The notes below the pieces were generated by a model, which was not told where the DNA came from, ran no database searches, and saw only the letters and a list, made by a program, of their open reading frames with translations. DNA of 64,000 nt from an uncultured delta proteobacterium. GTDB lineage: Bacteria; Myxococcota_A; Polyangia; Fen-1088. Made by a program: the position numbers and the translations under genes. Shown here in pieces: positions 62,551 through 64,000 of this stretch. The stretch spans positions 320,001 to 384,000 of the forward strand of contig CAWCMR010000025.1 of assembly GCA_963796685.1 (NCBI GenBank), in the 5' to 3' direction. The first letter of the stretch is position 1, and the number at the start of each line of letters is the position of its first letter.

Positions 62551-63131
62551 ATGAGTGCATCGAGCGCACTTCTTCCGTTCGCCGATCGAGCGCTGACGGA
62601 CTTCATCCGTGGCCTCGCGACGGCGCCCTCGCTGAGCGAGGTTGGGGACGTCGCGAAGCTGCGCCGCCTCGGCGAGGAGCGGGCATCCCAGCGGCCCGCG
62701 GGACCGGCCATGCCGACGCTCGAGGTGACCCTCGGCGGGGGATGCCGCGGCGCTCGGCTTTATCGTCCCCCATCGACTATCGCCGGGCGCCCGAGCATCC
62801 GGTGCCGGCGGCCATCGACGATGCCGTCGCTGCTCTCGAGTGGGTTGCCTCGCGTCCGACGGAGCTTGGCCGAAGTCCCGACGCGGTCACCGTCGCGGGC
62901 GAGCTCCATCCCCTGAGGGACCAAGGCGAGGCGTTCGGGGCACGGTTGGTGGCCGCCGGTGTGCCGGTGCTCATGCGACGCGAGCTGGGCATGGTTCACA
63001 ACTTCTTGCTCTGGGATCGGGTATCTCCGGTGTGCGCGGACGCTGGGCGGCGTGTGGCCGCCGATATCTTCGACGGTCTTGCGAGGATTTCCCGAAAAAA
63101 ACTGCCTCCGCTCCAGCCTTCCCACAGATGA
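62551..63131 (+). pseudogene. Alpha/beta-hydrolase (HSL family) remnant with internal deletions
   Basis: ARLYRP // DYRRAPEHP.PAAIDDA...VTVAG // ELHPLRDQGEAF...GMVHNF; the HGGG and GDSAGG segments are missing. Confidence 0.82.
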
Positions 63132-63282
63132 GCGCCACGTGTTGCGCAATAGCAACACAACCCCAAAGGCGAACTTCACACCTGCTCACCGACATCTCGC
63201 CGGCCCTGTCCAAGAATTGACAGTGCGGCTGACAGCGTGGCAATTTCAGCCACGGAATTGGGTAACCAGGACGACCTCGTAC

Positions 63283-63298
63283 TGGCATAAGGATTGCT
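63283..63298 (+). promoter_or_regulatory. Sigma54 (-24/-12) promoter
   Basis: TGGCATA-AGGA-TTGCT (GG-N10-GC), followed by GAGGT RBS and ATG 63321. Confidence 0.6.
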
Positions 63299-63320
63299 TA
63301 CTCGGAGTCGTGAGGTCAGC

Positions 63321-63554
63321 ATGAATTTGTCAAACTGTAGGTTTGTTGCAGCCCCACTGGTCCGACGGACCCTCATCGTCCGAGGAGATGTCCGCGCCGA
63401 TGTTGCATTTCAGAACGACATCAATGCGTTGATGTTTCAAATCGAAGAGGAACCGGTACCGTTTCGTTGTGTGGCCAGCCTCACATCATACAGCGTCGAC
63501 TGGCTCGAGAAATGCGCACCGGAGACGAGCTTCGGTGAAATCGGCCAGCACTGA
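63321..63554 (+). CDS. Small hypothetical protein (77 aa)
   Basis: Supported by a sigma54 motif plus RBS; no family recognised. Confidence 0.4.
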   Translation: MNLSNCRFVAAPLVRRTLIVRGDVRADVAFQNDINALMFQIEEEPVPFRCVASLTSYSVDWLEKCAPETSFGEIGQH

Positions 63555-63592
63555 CCACCGACGACGATGATGATGATGGTGACGGTCTTCGA

Positions 63593-63885
63593 TCAGGGAC
63601 AGGTGTTCAGGAAGACCTGCCAGCCATCTGGCCGGGTCACGATGATGTCGAGCTTGGTATCGTGGTTGAGGTCACCCATGAGGAGAGCCTGGAATGGCTG
63701 CGGCAGCCCACCGGTGCATGGAAAGCTCAGAGGGGTGGCAAATCCGCCTCGTCCATCGCCCAGGTATACGGCGATAGAGCTCTTCTCCTCGGTGGTCGAC
63801 ACCGCCTCCTGCGCGGCGACGATGTCGGGGTTGCCATCGCCATCGATGTCGGCCACCCCGAGAGAATCTACAAGTATCTGCGGCG
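63593..63885 (-). pseudogene. C-terminal fragment of an FG-GAP (VCBS) repeat protein
   Basis: VADIDGDGNPDIV, YLGDGRGGF, GDLNHDTKLDII; in-frame TGA upstream at 63977-63979. Confidence 0.7.
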
Positions 63886-64000
63886 GGGCGGGACCAAGTC
63901 CTCCAGGTCTGCCGCGGGGCCGGCCAACTGGCGAGCCCACCGCTTCACCTGGCTCAGATGACGCTCGTAGAGCGCATCAATGGGGTCCGCCGAAGCGGCA

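Overview
High-GC bacterial DNA whose gene content (sigma54 activator, two ECF sigma factors, giant TPR proteins, DUF4175-like protein, many lipoproteins) is most like Myxococcota/Polyangia; this is an inference. Bases 1-57.1 kb are mostly intact chromosome: clpX 5' end, pdxA-glmS, ilvB-ilvN, a sigma54-promoter operon (two beta-propeller lipoproteins plus an outer-membrane barrel), uvrA, HU, a NatAB-like ABC transporter with a fused CPBP protease, a Crp regulator and a multi-receiver protein. Next come a peptide ligase/peptidase cluster (tandem Ddl-like ATP-grasp, DmpA-family peptidase, divergent GshB-like ATP-grasp, GAF-GGDEF, cytochrome P460-like lipoprotein, S9 peptidase), a frameshifted NtrC-type regulator, a deacetylase, ssb, a TPR protein and ECF/NrsF/DUF3455 genes. 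These are followed by an orphan VgrG-L,D-transpeptidase-effector-immunity cassette, a B12 radical SAM enzyme, a DUF4175/gluzincin pair, an ECF sigma, a GT51 transglycosylase and PBP1A. Bases 57.1-64 kb are a mosaic of gene fragments (defence, T6SS, HNH, toxin-antitoxin) joined by diverged copies of the neighbouring PBP1A and hydrolase genes. Two palindromic repeat families stand out: a nested array rich in c-GAA-g hairpins after the ilv genes, and a CACAGAG-arm palindrome in three copies, one of which appears to encode a signal peptide in frame. No rRNA, tRNA, CRISPR array or intact transposase was seen. All family calls come from motif recognition by eye; no database searches were run.
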